Source: Callorhinchus milii (lineage: Eukaryota). Taken from it: a stretch of DNA of 64,000 nt. Positions 62,600 through 64,000 of this stretch are shown here, piece after piece. Numbering within the stretch: the stretch's first letter is position 1; the number at the start of each line of letters is the position of its first letter. Location of the stretch: assembly GCF_018977255.1 (NCBI RefSeq), contig NW_024704743.1, positions 71,922,001-71,986,000 on the forward strand, given 5' to 3'. The translations under genes were made by a program, and so were the position numbers. The notes beneath the pieces were generated by a model. That model was not told where the DNA came from. It did no database searches and saw nothing but the letters and a program-made list of their open reading frames with translations.

Positions 62600-64000
62600 C
62601 ACCTGACCGCTCGCTCCCAGTCCCCACGTGCGCTCTGACCCGAGCCTCCTCACCTCCTCCCTCCCCCCTCCTCTCTCCCCCCAAACCCTCCCTCCTCTGC
62701 ATCTCTCCCGTTCTGTCCTCCTCTCTCTCCGTCCCCCTCACCTTCTATCCGCACCTTGACCCTCCCACAACCTCCCTCTGTTCCAGCCTGGGAATCCTCT
62801 GCCGGGCTCACCGTGGCACTCGGCGTTGGCTGTCCAGCAGCAGCCACACCGACTGCCCCAGTCCCCACCACACTCGCCAGTCACCCCCGGACACAGACCT
62901 TGGGAGCCAACCTCTCCTCCCTCATCCCCATTCCGCCTACACCTGCCTCACAACCTGGACCCCCCCCTCCCTCCCCACACACCCTTCTGTCAACCGCTCC
63001 CTCCACATCGGACTACAAAACGTCCGCTCCCTCTGTAACAAGGCCCTGGTCATCAACAATCTCATCCTTGATGAGAGCGTTGACATCATGGAAACGGAAA
63101 CCTGGCTCACCCCAGGCGACACCTTCACCCTCATGGAGGCCACACCAGCTGGCTACACCTCCCACAACATCCCTCACCCCAACTGCCGTGGCGGTGGTGT
63201 AGCCCTTATCTCAAGGACACCAACCTCCAACCTTCCCTTCCTGACCAAGGTCCTTGAAAGAGTTGTCACTTCCCAGCTGTGCTCTTTCCTCTCCACCCAT
63301 TCATTATTCGAACCCCTTCAGTCGGGTTTCCGTGCTGTCCATAGCACGGAAACCACCCTGGTCAAGGTCACCAATGACATCTTGACCATCTGCGACCAGA
63401 GCTCCCTCTGCCTCCTCGTCCTCCTCGACCTATCGGCCGCATTCGATACGGTCGACCATGCTACCTCCTCCACCGCTTGTCCTCCCATCTCAACCTTCAA
63501 GGCCCTGTTCTTGAGTGGTTTAGGTCATCCCTCTCCCACAATCTTCATTTTGTTTCCACAAACAGCTTCTCCTCCAGCTCCCGCACTGTCTCGTGCGGTG
63601 TCCCTCAGGGCTCTGTCCTTGGTCCCCTCCTCTTCACCCTCTATATGCTCCCCCTTGGTGACATCATCCGAGACATGGGGTTAACTTCCACATGTATGCG
63701 GATGACACCCAACTCTACCTTTCCTCCTCTACCCTCAACTCCACGACCGCCGATGTCCTGACAGTCTGCCTGTCCGACATCGAGTCCTGGATGAGAGACA
63801 ACTTGCTTCAGCAAAACGTCCGCAAAACCGAGGCCCTCCTGATTGGCTCACGTCAGCGGCTCCGCACCTCAGGCGCTGACAGCATCCAAGGCTGCACTCT
63901 CCACCTCTCAAAGCCAGTCAGGAACCTCGGGGTTCTGTTCGACCCTGAGCTGTCCTTTCTTCCCCACATCCGCGCCACAACTGGCACCGCCTTCCATCAC
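62600..64000 (+). mobile_element. L2 LINE with the APE endonuclease N-terminus fused directly to RT (internal deletion); runs off the window
   Basis: LQNVRSL.NK, ETWL and RGGGVALI, then SNLPFLTKVLERVV, QSGFR..HSTET, LDLSAAFDTVDH, GVPQGSVLGPLLF, YADDTQLY. Confidence 0.92.

Overview
Eukaryotic genomic DNA from a vertebrate, most likely a cartilaginous fish (shark or chimaera), inferred from the Deu-domain tRNA-SINEs plus L2 and CR1 LINEs. The window holds the CMTM (CKLF-like MARVEL) cluster. CMTM8 is complete on the minus strand (4 coding exons, 51139->23361, 169 aa, ~24 kb intron 1). CMTM7 is complete on the minus strand (5 coding exons, 16191/16170->8174, 167/160 aa). The last coding exon of a convergent CMTM6 lies on the plus strand (766-927). 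I read the splice junctions by hand: all are GT-AG and in frame. The rest is dense with transposable elements: about 20 Deu-type SINE copies, many L2 and CR1 fragments, several MITEs, a Helitron-like piece, and at least 8 copies of an unclassified ~0.6 kb repeat that seems to retain a decayed retropepsin-like (Gypsy protease) frame. Most ORFs in the supplied track are spurious or LINE fragments. The best leads are an L2-derived ~59-nt fold-back hairpin in CMTM8 intron 1 (pre-miRNA-like), the unclassified repeat family, and inverted young SINE pairs flanking symmetric exons (circRNA/editing potential). No novel multi-gene system is demonstrable from the sequence alone. Repeat boundaries are approximate, and comparisons to human proteins and repeat families are from memory, not database searches.
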